Source of the DNA: Minisyncoccota bacterium
GTDB taxonomy: Bacteria > Patescibacteriota > Minisyncoccia > Phycocordibacterales > UBA2100
Assembly: GCA_965267345.1 (NCBI GenBank)
Contig: OZ253947.1
Span: 330,814-394,813, forward strand
Direction: 5' to 3'
DNA length: 64,000 bases
Under the pieces are notes generated by a model. It did not search any database, was not told where the DNA came from, and saw only the letters and a program-made list of their open reading frames with translations. The position numbers and the translations under genes are program-made. Position 1 is the first letter of the stretch, and every line of letters begins with the position of its first letter. Positions 8,581-18,566 of this stretch are shown in pieces.

Positions 8581-9975
8581 ATGGCACGACCATCATTTGA
8601 CGACATTACACCGCCAGCTCGCGGAAATGATACCGAGACTCCGTCCACTGCACCGCACGCACAGGACGACACACCCACTGCGGAAGAATCGAGTGCGACA
8701 TCTGAGCCTGCATCGATTCGTAACGTTGCGGCGCCGGAGACAAAAGCACGTGTCGAACGACGCGCACGACGAGCTGAGCGTCGCACGCTCGGCGGCAGCG
8801 ACGGCCCAACTGGCCGCTCACACAAAGGAATGACACGCATGGCCATGTGGGGCGGTGCAATCGTGGTGCTGCTCATTGCACTCACGGGAGTTGGGTTTCT
8901 CTTCATTGGCAAAACAACCCTGACCGTTGAGCCACTATCTGAGCGCATCACGCTCGGCGAAAATGTCGTCCACACTGCCTACACTGAGCCGGAAATCGGC
9001 GAATTGGGCTACACCGTGGTATCAGCAACACAGGAAGCGTCGGAAACGATCACCGCAACCGGTAGTGAGTATGTTGAGGAGCGCGCATCAGGGCGCATCG
9101 CTGTGTACAATAACTACAGCTCGGCAAGTCAGCGCCTCATCAAAAACACGCGCTTTGAAGCACCTGACGGCCGCATTTACCGTGTGACAAACTCATTCGT
9201 CGTACCCGGAATGCCCGACGAGGATACCGCAGGGCGCATTGAGGTCACGGTGCACGCTGATGTTCCCGGCTCTGATCAGAATCTCACCGCACTGGGTACA
9301 CGCCTGACCATTCCCGGCCTTGAAGGCGACCCGCGCTACAATGCATTCCACGCTGAGTTGATCACGCCAATTACAGGCGGCTTTGAGGGTGAACGTCCTG
9401 TCGTTGACGAAGCAACCCGTGAGGCAACCCGCACGGCATTGCAGGACCAGTTGCGCCGGCAAGCAGCGGATGCAGCACACGCGGCAGCCGGTGATCTGTA
9501 CGTATTCGACACCGCACTCCAAGTGCAGTTTGAATCACTTCCCATGACCACTGATACCGAGGGCAACGCAACCGTACGTGAACGCGCGCTCATTTCAGCA
9601 GTCGGCTTTACCATGCACGAACTCGCACGTACGCTCGCGCAGAGCGCACTGGCAACGCCGGCTGACGGCACCATCCGCATCGCAAATCCTAACGAGCTTA
9701 CCTTCCGCTTTGTGGGCGACGATGTATCAGTTGCCAATGATGCACTCATTCAGTTCACCCTCAGCGGCACCAGCGTGCTCGTGTGGGATATTGATGTTGA
9801 CGCACTCAAGCAAGACCTCGTCGGTAAGCACAGCACTGTCTTAAATTCGGTCATGAGCGGCTATCCGGGTATTGAGAGCGCCCAAGCAACCATTCGGCCG
9901 TTTTGGAAGAGTGAGTTCCCGAGTGACACTGATAATATTTCGGTCGAAATTACTGATCCCGTACAGAGCCAGTAG
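8581..9975 (+). CDS. hypothetical membrane-anchored protein (charged N-tail, one TM, large extracytoplasmic domain)
   Basis: Start at MARPSFDD. TM helix AMWGGAIVVLLIALTGVGFLFIG. No family recognised. Possibly a partner of the upstream ATPase. Confidence 0.45.
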   Translation: MARPSFDDITPPARGNDTETPSTAPHAQDDTPTAEESSATSEPASIRNVAAPETKARVERRARRAERRTLGGSDGPTGRSHKGMTRMAMWGGAIVVLLIALTGVGFLFIGKTTLTVEPLSERITLGENVVHTAYTEPEIGELGYTVVSATQEASETITATGSEYVEERASGRIAVYNNYSSASQRLIKNTRFEAPDGRIYRVTNSFVVPGMPDEDTAGRIEVTVHADVPGSDQNLTALGTRLTIPGLEGDPRYNAFHAELITPITGGFEGERPVVDEATREATRTALQDQLRRQAADAAHAAAGDLYVFDTALQVQFESLPMTTDTEGNATVRERALISAVGFTMHELARTLAQSALATPADGTIRIANPNELTFRFVGDDVSVANDALIQFTLSGTSVLVWDIDVDALKQDLVGKHSTVLNSVMSGYPGIESAQATIRPFWKSEFPSDTDNISVEITDPVQSQ

Positions 9976-10044
9976 CGCCACTCCGGCGATACGCACACAA
10001 GGGCTTGTCAATACGGCATCAGTCTGGTACGATACGCGCGCACT

Positions 10045-10272
10045 GTGAGTGAAGAGAAGAAGAGCAATACCAACGACAACGTACAGGGCGTTGTCACCGA
10101 GGCGCTGCCAAATGCGCTTTTTCGCGTTGAGCTCGACGACAGTGGCGAAGAGATCCTTTGTTATCTTGCGGGAAAGATGCGATTGCATCGCATCAAAGTG
10201 CTGATCGGTGACACGGTAACCGTGACAGTGGACCCGTACGGCGGCAAAGGGCGCATTGTACGACGCGGCTAA
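10045..10272 (+). CDS. infA: translation initiation factor IF-1
   Basis: S1-like fold with [46 protein letters not shown]. Confidence 0.85.
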   Translation: MSEEKKSNTNDNVQGVVTEALPNALFRVELDDSGEEILCYLAGKMRLHRIKVLIGDTVTVTVDPYGGKGRIVRRG

Positions 10273-10291
10273 GGCTGCGCAGCATGTATCT

Positions 10292-10405
10292 ATGAAAGTT
10301 AAAAGTTCAGTAAAAGCTTTGTGTAAGGATTGCAAAACGGTGCGACGACAGGGCCGTGTCTTCATCGTGTGCCGTAATCCACGCCATAAGCAACGCCAAG
10401 GATAA
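10292..10405 (+). CDS. rpmJ: 50S ribosomal protein L36
   Basis: 37 aa, [37 protein letters not shown]. Absent from the ORF track because it is shorter than 60 aa. Confidence 0.8.
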   Translation: MKVKSSVKALCKDCKTVRRQGRVFIVCRNPRHKQRQG

Positions 10406-10407
10406 CT

Positions 10408-10788
10408 ATGCGTATTGCAGGTATTACAATTCCCGAGTCGAAGCGACTCGAGATCGGACTCACCGCCATTTATGGCATTGGACGTGAACGAGCGAAAGAC
10501 ATCCTCGCGCAGGCGAAGGTTGATGCAGGTAAAAAGCCTGCTGACCTCACCAGCGAAGAGGAGAGTACGCTCAGTAAAGTGGTCAACGAATTTCGTATTG
10601 AAGGTGAGCTCCGCCGCGAAGTATCAGGTAATGTTAAGCGCCTGAAAGATATTCAGTGTTACCGTGGTAGCCGTCACTCACGACTCCTCCCTGCACGCGG
10701 CCAGCGCACCAAGACAAACTCACGCACCGTACGTGGTAACGTGCGCAAGACGATGACCAGTGGACGCCGTAAAGTTGAGAAGAAGTAG
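10408..10788 (+). CDS. rpsM: 30S ribosomal protein S13
   Basis: MRIAGITIPESKRLEIGLTAIYGIGRERAKDIL. Confidence 0.9.
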   Translation: MRIAGITIPESKRLEIGLTAIYGIGRERAKDILAQAKVDAGKKPADLTSEEESTLSKVVNEFRIEGELRREVSGNVKRLKDIQCYRGSRHSRLLPARGQRTKTNSRTVRGNVRKTMTSGRRKVEKK

Positions 10789-10791
10789 CCT

Positions 10792-11226
10792 ATGGGTAAA
10801 AAACGCATTGTTAAAAAGAGTGGTGGTTCGGTTAATAAGGGACTTAAGTCGCGCGCATTGAACCGTGCACCAAAACGCAAGCTGCAAACAGGTGTCCTGT
10901 ACGTACACGCAACCTACAACAACACCAAGGTACTACTTGCCGACACCGAAGGAAACACGGTGATGTGGTCATCAAGCGGCAGCCTCGGTTTTGCGGGCGC
11001 AAAGAAGGGAACACCATTTGCCGCCGCAAAGGTAGGTGAGCTTATTGCAGAAAAGGCACAGATGATCGGCCTGCAGTCAGTACGCGCGGTTATCAAGGGT
11101 GTTGGTGCCGGACGTGAGTCTGCACTGCGCGCATTTGCCGCACGTGGCATCGAAGTAACCGGCATTGCAGACGTAACGCCGATTCCATTTAATGGTCCAC
11201 GACAGCGTCGTCCGCGACGTGTTTAA
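10792..11226 (+). CDS. rpsK: 30S ribosomal protein S11
   Basis: GVLYVHATYNNTKVLLADTEGN..GSLGFAGAKKGTPFAA. Confidence 0.9.
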   Translation: MGKKRIVKKSGGSVNKGLKSRALNRAPKRKLQTGVLYVHATYNNTKVLLADTEGNTVMWSSSGSLGFAGAKKGTPFAAAKVGELIAEKAQMIGLQSVRAVIKGVGAGRESALRAFAARGIEVTGIADVTPIPFNGPRQRRPRRV

Positions 11227-11246
11227 ACACAGAGCGTTATTTTTAT

Positions 11247-11849
11247 ATGTTGAGCAAACCAAAATATAAAGTGTGTAAGCGCCTCGGCAGCGGCGTCTAC
11301 GAGAAGTGTCAGACGCAGAAGTTTGCGCTCTCGGAAGCACGTGCCAAAAAAACCTTTAAGCGTCGTCGCAACGTCAGCGACTTCGGCCGCCAGCTTCTAG
11401 AGAAGCAGAAAGTGCGCTACGCCTACGGCATTACCGAGCGCCAGCTCCGTCGCTACGTTGATTTCGCCAACAAGGCAAAGGACCCTGCGGCAACACTCTT
11501 CCAGCAGCTTGAAATGCGTCTCGACAATGCGGTGTACCGTTTTGGCCTCGCGGCAACACGTCGCGCTGCACGTCAGCTCGTCAGCCATGGTCACATCACC
11601 GTGAACGGCCGCAAGATGAACATCCCGTCACACCACGTTGCCGTTGGAGATGTGATCGCCGTACGTGACGGCAGTAAAGACAAGCCGGTATTTGCCGAAG
11701 CGCCAACACAGGTGAGTGACCACACGGCACCCGCATGGCTCAAGAGCGAGCCAAAGAAACTTGCGGCAACCGTACAGGGCACGCCTGAATTTACCGTTGG
11801 CGACGGGCTCTTTGACCTGCCGGCCGTATTCGAATTTTACAGTCGATAA
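11247..11849 (+). CDS. rpsD: 30S ribosomal protein S4
   Basis: MLSKPKYKVCKRLG...LEMRLDNAVYRFGLA. Confidence 0.9.
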   Translation: MLSKPKYKVCKRLGSGVYEKCQTQKFALSEARAKKTFKRRRNVSDFGRQLLEKQKVRYAYGITERQLRRYVDFANKAKDPAATLFQQLEMRLDNAVYRFGLAATRRAARQLVSHGHITVNGRKMNIPSHHVAVGDVIAVRDGSKDKPVFAEAPTQVSDHTAPAWLKSEPKKLAATVQGTPEFTVGDGLFDLPAVFEFYSR

Positions 11850-11892
11850 TATTACTAGCAGCACTGTTTATTAGTCGTTTTCACCATTACGT

Positions 11893-12879
11893 ATGTCAGA
11901 CTACCAAGTAACACTTCCGTCAAAGCCACGCGCGATTACCGAAAAGGAATTCGCGGGCACGTACGAGATTGACGGCCTCTATCCAGGATACGGACACACA
12001 CTCGGCAATTCGCTGCGTCGTATCATTTTGTCGTCACTCCCTGGTGCTGCGATTACGCAAGTCAGCATTGACGGCGTACCGCATGAATTCACAACGATTG
12101 ACGGAGTCGTGGAGGACACCATCGTGCTGCTCCTCAATATTAAAAAGGTGCGTATCAAAATGCTCACGGATGAGCCACAGACGCTGAAGCTCAACATCAA
12201 GGGCCCAGGTACCGTGACTGCAGCAGATATTGATGCACTCGGACAGGTTGAAATTTTGAATCCTGAACAGCACATCGCTGAGGTCACCGGCAAGGTGACA
12301 CTCGAAATCGAGATGCAGGCAGAGCGTGGCTTGGGCTACGTAGCAAAGGAAACGCTCCACAAAGACCGTGTTGAGATCGGTGCCATTGCACTTGACGCCG
12401 TATTTTCACCAATTAAGCGCGTCAACTACGAAGTTGAAAACATGCGTGTCGGCGACCGTACCGACTTTAACCGCCTGCGTATGTTCATCGAAACTGACGG
12501 CACCATGACGCCACGTGAAGCGCTGGAGAGCGCTATCGAGACGATGATTCACCAATTGAAGGCTGTGGTCGGCTTCCAAGAGGAGAGCGAGCACGGTGAC
12601 ACTGACACGACACCTGCAGCTGATACCGTTAGCGCACCTGAAGAGCGCGCGGTTGCGGCAACAAAGGAAGCAGACAAAGAAGTCTTCAAGACTCGCGTTG
12701 CTGAACTTGAGCTGTCAGCGCGTGTTGAGGCATCGCTCGACGAGGCGGGTATTCGCACCGTCGGTGGACTTGCCCGCAAGCGAGAAGAGGACATTCTTGG
12801 TATTGAGGGACTCGGACAGAAAGGCTTGCAGGAAATTAAGCGTGCACTGTCGAATCTTGGTATTACACTTCGCGTATAA
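11893..12879 (+). CDS. rpoA: DNA-directed RNA polymerase subunit alpha
   Basis: N-terminal dimerisation domain plus C-terminal alpha-CTD (ELELSARVEASLDEAGIRTVGGL). Confidence 0.9.
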   Translation: MSDYQVTLPSKPRAITEKEFAGTYEIDGLYPGYGHTLGNSLRRIILSSLPGAAITQVSIDGVPHEFTTIDGVVEDTIVLLLNIKKVRIKMLTDEPQTLKLNIKGPGTVTAADIDALGQVEILNPEQHIAEVTGKVTLEIEMQAERGLGYVAKETLHKDRVEIGAIALDAVFSPIKRVNYEVENMRVGDRTDFNRLRMFIETDGTMTPREALESAIETMIHQLKAVVGFQEESEHGDTDTTPAADTVSAPEERAVAATKEADKEVFKTRVAELELSARVEASLDEAGIRTVGGLARKREEDILGIEGLGQKGLQEIKRALSNLGITLRV

Positions 12880-12901
12880 TCTGTGGTAGGGTACTGTCGC
12901 T

Positions 12902-13258
12902 ATGAAGCATCACAAAGCACAACGAAAACTGGGACGCGTACGCAAAGTGCGCGTGTCGCTGCTGCGCAGCCTCGTGCGTTCGCTCGTGATGCATGGCCGT
13001 ATTGAAACCACAATCGCTAAGGCAAAAGAGCTTCGTCCGCAGATTGAAAAGCTCATCACGCTCGCAAAGAAAGACACCTTAGCATCGCGTCGCCTCCTTG
13101 CGGCACGTCTGGGCAATGATCGTGACGTCTCAGCAAAACTGCACGATGAGATCGCCCCACGTTTTAAGGATCGAGCGGGCGGCTACACACGTATTGTGAA
13201 GCTCGGCGCATTTGCTGACACCGCACGTGATAAAGTCATTATCGAATTTGTTGACTAG
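12902..13258 (+). CDS. rplQ: 50S ribosomal protein L17
   Basis: MKHHKAQRKLGRVRKVRVSLLRSLVRSLVMHGRIETT. Confidence 0.9.
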   Translation: MKHHKAQRKLGRVRKVRVSLLRSLVRSLVMHGRIETTIAKAKELRPQIEKLITLAKKDTLASRRLLAARLGNDRDVSAKLHDEIAPRFKDRAGGYTRIVKLGAFADTARDKVIIEFVD

Positions 13259-13259
13259 T

Positions 13260-13613
13260 ATGGGAACGGCTCGCACACATACCTTCGATGCTCATGGAAA
13301 GCGCCTCGGGCGCCTTGCGTCTGATATCGCACACATCCTGCTTGGTAAAGATGCACCTGACACGGCAAAGCACGTCGTTGCACCCGTGCGCGTCACTGTT
13401 GAGAATGTCGCACAGCTCGACATTCCTGAGGAAAAGCGCACCACAAAAGTGTACACACGATACTCAGGACACCCGGGCGGATTGAAAAAGGAAACGCTCG
13501 AAGACGTTATTGCCCGCAAAGGGGAGGCAGAGGCACTGCGACGCGCCGTGTATAACATGCTCCCTGCAAACCGCCTGCGTAAAGCACGCATGAAAAATTT
13601 GATCATTTCATAA
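13260..13613 (+). CDS. rplM: 50S ribosomal protein L13
   Basis: MGTARTHTFDAHGKRLGRLASDIAHILLGK. Start chosen at the internal Met of ORF 13212-13613. Confidence 0.85.
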   Translation: MGTARTHTFDAHGKRLGRLASDIAHILLGKDAPDTAKHVVAPVRVTVENVAQLDIPEEKRTTKVYTRYSGHPGGLKKETLEDVIARKGEAEALRRAVYNMLPANRLRKARMKNLIIS

Positions 13614-13615
13614 TT

Positions 13616-14017
13616 ATGGCCACCAAGGAACAGACATACATTGAAACAGTAGGGCGCCGCAAAACGGCAACGGCACGTGTGCGATTGCACCCTGCGCAAA
13701 AGAGCACCTACAGCATCAACGACCGTAAGCTTGATGAGTACTTTCCGACTGCCGATCTACAGCGCACGGTAAAAGCGGCACTCGATGCACTCTCAGGAAC
13801 ATCATTTAAGGTAACGGCAAAGGTTACCGGTGGCGGACTCCCCGCACAGGCTGAAGCAATTCGCCACGGTATTGCACGCGCACTCGTCAAAGACGACGAA
13901 ACACGCCGCAAGGAGCTCAAAGGACGCGGCTACCTCAAGCGCGACCCACGTACCAAAGAGCGCAAGAAATTCGGATTGCGTTCGGCACGCCGCGCACCAC
14001 AGTGGTCGAAGCGATAG
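13616..14017 (+). CDS. rpsI: 30S ribosomal protein S9
   Basis: ETVGRRKTATARVRL...C-terminal GLRSARRAPQWSKR. Confidence 0.9.
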   Translation: MATKEQTYIETVGRRKTATARVRLHPAQKSTYSINDRKLDEYFPTADLQRTVKAALDALSGTSFKVTAKVTGGGLPAQAEAIRHGIARALVKDDETRRKELKGRGYLKRDPRTKERKKFGLRSARRAPQWSKR

Positions 14018-14095
14018 TCGCTTCAATACGTACGCAGTGCTCACCGGCGCTGCGTACTGCGTGATGCATAGTCACAACCGTAGTACACTGCACGT

Positions 14096-14629
14096 ATGAC
14101 TGATACGCACAACGAACACGACGACATTGATGAGATCGAATACGACGAGGACGCTGGGGCTGCGCAGCTGCAAAAACTGCGTGCAAAGCTCAAGGCGTGT
14201 GAGCAAGAGAAGCGCGATAACCTCGACGGGTGGAAGCGGACACAGGCTGACCTCGTCAACGCGCGCACCAAGCACGCGCAGGCACTCACTGACGCGCGCA
14301 CTCGTGCTACGGAAGACGTATTAGTCGATGTCATTACGGCACTTGATAGCTTTGATGTAGCGTTCCGCGGTGACGCGTGGGAGTCCGTCGATGCCAACTG
14401 GCGCACGGGCATTGAGTACATTTACACACAACTCCAGTCGGCACTTGAGCGGCACGGCGTTGCGGCCTATGGAGCGGAAGGGGAGCCATTCGACCCGCAA
14501 CTGCACGAAGCGGTCGGTCAACAACCTACCGATGACGATGCGACTGATACCATCGTACGTGTTGAACGTCGCGGCTACAAAAGTGCCTCACGCATTCTTC
14601 GCCCCGCACAAGTCGTCGTTAGTGCCTAA
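14096..14629 (+). CDS. grpE: nucleotide exchange factor GrpE
   Basis: Coiled-coil N-terminus followed by the GrpE fold. Lies directly upstream of dnaK/dnaJ. Confidence 0.85.
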   Translation: MTDTHNEHDDIDEIEYDEDAGAAQLQKLRAKLKACEQEKRDNLDGWKRTQADLVNARTKHAQALTDARTRATEDVLVDVITALDSFDVAFRGDAWESVDANWRTGIEYIYTQLQSALERHGVAAYGAEGEPFDPQLHEAVGQQPTDDDATDTIVRVERRGYKSASRILRPAQVVVSA

Positions 14630-14654
14630 GTGCACAATACTTTTTTTGAGTGTC

Positions 14655-14690
14655 AATATTGTTGTGTGGAACACATTTTTTATAATGTGG
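14655..14690 (+). promoter_or_regulatory. putative sigma70-like promoter TTGTTG-16-TATAAT with overlapping palindrome TGTGTGGAACACA
   Basis: The -35-like element is at 14659-14664, the -10 TATAAT at 14681-14686, and the palindrome at 14664-14676. They sit in a 145-nt AT-rich gap between grpE and the RHH gene/dnaK. Confidence 0.3.
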
Positions 14691-14774
14691 CCACACATGA
14701 CGTTTCGGAAACATTACATTATCATTGGCAACCGACGTCACGGGTACACACTGCGTCCCGCGCGTGGTGTCACC

Positions 14775-15029
14775 ATGCTCATTTGCGAAAGCGCCAATAT
14801 TAACGACCGCTTTCCGAATGATGAGATCCCGCGCATGCTCGCCGAATTGCCGCGTCTGATCGCTGAGCGGCACGCTGCGCAGCGCGACGCGGCACAGAGC
14901 GAAGTGCTGCGCTTCCGCGTCACCCCTGAGGAGAAGCAGCGCATTGAGCGCAATGCATTCGACGCAGGGTTTGATACGGTATCAGCATACTTGCGGCAGG
15001 TGGCGCTTGGTGACGAAGCAGATACATAA
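14775..15029 (+). CDS. ribbon-helix-helix (MobC/CopG-like) small DNA-binding protein
   Basis: 84 aa. The C-terminal segment LRFRVTPEEKQRIERNAFDAGFDTVSAYLRQVALG matches the MobC/RHH pattern (LRVRLTPEE...SEYLR..AL). There are 37 nt to the dnaK start. Confidence 0.5.
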   Translation: MLICESANINDRFPNDEIPRMLAELPRLIAERHAAQRDAAQSEVLRFRVTPEEKQRIERNAFDAGFDTVSAYLRQVALGDEADT

Positions 15030-15066
15030 GTGATTACACAGCGTTATAAATCATAGCTATTCGTAT

Positions 15067-16968
15067 ATGGGAAAAATATTAGGTATTGACCTCGGTACAA
15101 CAAACTCAGCAATGGCCATCGTCGAAGGCGGTGAGCCAGAAATTATTGAAAATAACGAAGGAAATCGCACCACACCGTCGATTGTCGGTATTTCAAAAAA
15201 CAAGGAGCGCCTCGTTGGTGTCCTCGCAAAACGACAGGCGGTGACCAATCCGCAGAACACCATTTTTGGCGTCAAGCGTTTCGTCGGCCACAAGTTTGGC
15301 GACGCATCGGTACAGCGCGACAAAGACCTCGTGCCGTACGAACTCAAGGAAGGCACTGACAAAGGTGTCCTCATCCACCTCGGCGAGCAAGACTATCGCC
15401 CCGAGGAAATTTCCGCAATGATCCTCCAGAAAATGAAGCGCGACGCAGAGGAGCGCATCGGTGAAGAAATTACCGAAGCGGTAATCACCGTACCCGCCTA
15501 CTTTGACGACGCGCAGCGAAGCGCCACCAAGGCAGCCGGAAAAATTGCCGGTCTCGAGGTGAAGCGCATCATTAATGAGCCAACGGCTGCAGCACTGGCG
15601 TACGGCTTCAACAAGAAAAAGGACGAGCAGATTGTCGTATTTGACTTCGGTGGTGGTACTTTTGACGTATCGGTGCTCGAGGTTGGTGACGATGTGATTG
15701 AAGTGAAGGCAACCGACGGTGACTCACACATGGGTGGCCGTGACATTGATCAGAAAATTATCCAGTGGATTATTGCTGAATTCAAAAAAGAGTCCGGTAT
15801 TGATGTCAGCAAAGACCCGCTCGCACTGCAACGCTTGGATGAAGCAGCCGAGAAGGCAAAAATTGAGCTCTCAAATGCGAGCGAAACAGAAATCAACATC
15901 CCATTCATCACCTCGGATGACTCAGGACCAAAGCACCTCTTGCTCACCCTGACACGCGCAAAGCTGCAGGAACTGGCACAAGAGTACATTGATCGCGCAA
16001 TTGAAATCACTAAGCGTGCTGTTGACGCGAGCCCATTTGAGACAGGTGACATCGACGAAATTATTCTCGTTGGTGGACAGACGCGCATGCCGGCAATTGC
16101 AGAGGCGGTGAAGACACTCTTTGGTAAGGAGCCGAACAAAAGCATCAACCCCGACGAAGTGGTTGCACTCGGTGCCGCCATTCAGGGTGGCATCATGCAA
16201 GGCGACGTGAAGGACGTGCTGTTGCTCGACGTGATTCCGCTGTCACTGGGTATTGAAACCATGGGCGGCATTGCGACAAAACTTATTGAGCGCAACACTA
16301 CCATTCCGACCAGCAAGTCACAGGTATTCTCAACTGCAGCTGATAACCAGCCGTCAGTTGAGATTGTGGTCACGCAAGGGGAGCGCGAGATGGCTGCTGA
16401 CAACAAGACACTGGGCCGATTCGTACTCGACGGCATTGCGCCCGCGCCGCGTGGTGTACCGCAGATTGAGGTAAGCTTCGACATCGATGCCAACGGAATT
16501 CTCAACGTAAAAGCAGTCGACAAGGGCACCAATAAGGAACAGTCCATTCGTATTGAGGGAAGTGCCGGCCTGTCAGAAGAAGAGATCGAGAAGATGAAGG
16601 CTGATGCGGAACAGCACGCAGAAAGCGACAAAAAGAAACGTGAACTCATTGAGGCAAAGAATGCGGCCGAACAGCTTATCTACGCGGCTGAAAAGGCGGT
16701 GAAAGAGCACGGCGACAAGGTTGGCGAGGATGTCACCACGCAGATCACCGAGAAGGTGACCGCACTGAAAACAGCACGCGACGGTGACGACGTTGCGGCA
16801 ATAACCGCAGCATTTGAAGAGCTCAGCAGTGCCATGAGTAAAATCGGTGAGGCAATGCAGCAGCAAGCATCTGAAAGCGACGTGGCTGATGCGACACAGA
16901 ACACTGATACTACAGAAAACGACGACGCACGCGATGCTGAGTTTGACGAGAAAGACGAGAACAAGTAG
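15067..16968 (+). CDS. dnaK: molecular chaperone DnaK (Hsp70)
   Basis: [30 protein letters not shown] and the full Hsp70 architecture. Confidence 0.95.
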   Translation: MGKILGIDLGTTNSAMAIVEGGEPEIIENNEGNRTTPSIVGISKNKERLVGVLAKRQAVTNPQNTIFGVKRFVGHKFGDASVQRDKDLVPYELKEGTDKGVLIHLGEQDYRPEEISAMILQKMKRDAEERIGEEITEAVITVPAYFDDAQRSATKAAGKIAGLEVKRIINEPTAAALAYGFNKKKDEQIVVFDFGGGTFDVSVLEVGDDVIEVKATDGDSHMGGRDIDQKIIQWIIAEFKKESGIDVSKDPLALQRLDEAAEKAKIELSNASETEINIPFITSDDSGPKHLLLTLTRAKLQELAQEYIDRAIEITKRAVDASPFETGDIDEIILVGGQTRMPAIAEAVKTLFGKEPNKSINPDEVVALGAAIQGGIMQGDVKDVLLLDVIPLSLGIETMGGIATKLIERNTTIPTSKSQVFSTAADNQPSVEIVVTQGEREMAADNKTLGRFVLDGIAPAPRGVPQIEVSFDIDANGILNVKAVDKGTNKEQSIRIEGSAGLSEEEIEKMKADAEQHAESDKKKRELIEAKNAAEQLIYAAEKAVKEHGDKVGEDVTTQITEKVTALKTARDGDDVAAITAAFEELSSAMSKIGEAMQQQASESDVADATQNTDTTENDDARDAEFDEKDENK

Positions 16969-16974
16969 TCTTGA

Positions 16975-18045
16975 GTGGTCATGAAAGACTACTATGACAT
17001 CCTCGGCGTTGCGCGTGACGCGAGCGATACTGACATAAAAAAGGCCTTTCGCACACTTGCGCAAAAGTACCACCCTGACAAAAAAAGTGGCGACGAGGCA
17101 AAGTTCAAAGAAATTAGCGAGGCCTATGCGGTACTCGGTGATAAAAAGAAGCGCTCTGAGTATGATGCGTACGGCCGCACCTTTGCGGGCGGCGCACAGG
17201 GCGGTGGCTTTAACGGCTTTGATTTCTCACAGTTTCAGCAAGGCTTCGGGAACGGTGTGGAGTTTGACCTTGGTGACATCTTTAACGAGATGTTTAGCGG
17301 TGGTGGCGGGCGGCGCAACCAAAAGCGCGGCCGCGATATCTCAATTGATGTCGAGCTCGAATTTACCGACGCGGCATTCGGCGTCACCCGCACGGTACTC
17401 CTGACGAAAACGAGCACCTGCAGCACGTGTAAGGGCTCAGGCGCAGCAAAGGGGAGTGAACTCGTCACCTGTAGCACCTGTAACGGACGCGGTGCGGTGC
17501 ACGAGACGCGCCGCTCGCTTCTGGGGACCTTCACGAGCACGCGGCAGTGTCAGGAGTGCGCCGGAGTGGGGAAGATGCCCAAAAAGAAATGTAAAGACTG
17601 CGCCGGCACCGGTGTTCGCTCGCAACAGGAGGAAATTAAACTCGCCATTCCGGCGGGTATCGACAATGGAGAGATGATTCGCATGCCCGGCAAGGGTGAG
17701 GCGGTTCGCGGTGGCGTTGCGGGTGATCTGTACATCAAGGTCCACGTGAAGCCACATAAACACTTTACGCGCCACGGTAACGACATTCGCATGCCACTGC
17801 AGATTAAGCTCAGTGATGCCCTCCTTGGTGCAACGTACAGCGTGCCGACACTCGAAAAGGAGATCGAGCTCAAGATTCCTACTGGGATCACGCACGGCGA
17901 AATTCTGCGGGTAAAAGGGAAAGGTATTCCGACCCCACAGGGCGGCCGCGGCGACTTGCTCGTCACGATTACCATCGATCTACCCAAGCGTCTCAGTCGC
18001 AAGGCAAAAAAACTCGTCGAAGAGCTCAAAGAGGAAGGTATCTAA
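16975..18045 (+). CDS. dnaJ: molecular chaperone DnaJ
   Basis: J-domain ([23 protein letters not shown]), G/F region, and four CxxCxGxG zinc-finger repeats. Confidence 0.9.
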   Translation: MVMKDYYDILGVARDASDTDIKKAFRTLAQKYHPDKKSGDEAKFKEISEAYAVLGDKKKRSEYDAYGRTFAGGAQGGGFNGFDFSQFQQGFGNGVEFDLGDIFNEMFSGGGGRRNQKRGRDISIDVELEFTDAAFGVTRTVLLTKTSTCSTCKGSGAAKGSELVTCSTCNGRGAVHETRRSLLGTFTSTRQCQECAGVGKMPKKKCKDCAGTGVRSQQEEIKLAIPAGIDNGEMIRMPGKGEAVRGGVAGDLYIKVHVKPHKHFTRHGNDIRMPLQIKLSDALLGATYSVPTLEKEIELKIPTGITHGEILRVKGKGIPTPQGGRGDLLVTITIDLPKRLSRKAKKLVEELKEEGI

Positions 18046-18096
18046 ACTGGACAAGTAGGGCTGTCCCTTGCCCACCAATGACGCTACAATTGCGGC

Positions 18097-18564
18097 ATGG
18101 ATTTTGTGCTGACCAATGCGAGCGACCTTGCTATTGTCGGCATGCTCTGTGCCGTCTTGATTCTCGTGGCCGTCACGCGCGGCGGCACGGGACTGCTGGT
18201 CCTTGGCGGCATTGCACTCGTCCTTGGCGGGTTTATCACGAGCATCTTTCCATACACCGACACACTTGCAACGACACTTGGTATACCGGCAGTCTGGGGC
18301 GGCATGTTGGTGCTCCTCCTTGCGACACTCGGTAGTGTCTTGCTCCTGCGCAACACCGTTGGATACGGATTGGGGAGCAGTAGCCCTCGCGCGATCATCG
18401 GCACCGCAGTTGCACTAACCGCACTGGTCATTGCATTTTCGTACCATATTGTGCCACTTGATGTCGTGTACAATTTCGGTGCGCCATTTGACGCAGTATT
18501 CGCACCTGCAGCGCACTTCTTTTGGATTGTGATCGCAGCGCTGGTACTCTTTTTTATACTCTAA
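18097..18564 (+). CDS. hypothetical polytopic membrane protein
   Basis: 155 aa with 4-5 TM helices. A TACAAT -10-like element lies upstream. Confidence 0.45.
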   Translation: MDFVLTNASDLAIVGMLCAVLILVAVTRGGTGLLVLGGIALVLGGFITSIFPYTDTLATTLGIPAVWGGMLVLLLATLGSVLLLRNTVGYGLGSSSPRAIIGTAVALTALVIAFSYHIVPLDVVYNFGAPFDAVFAPAAHFFWIVIAALVLFFIL

Positions 18565-18566
18565 GT

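Noticed and set aside
14018-14095. Possible CIRCE (HrcA operator) upstream of grpE/dnaK
   Set aside because: Only a generic inverted repeat (TACGCAG…CTGCGTA) is present. There is no match to TTAGCACTC-N9-GAGTGCTAA.
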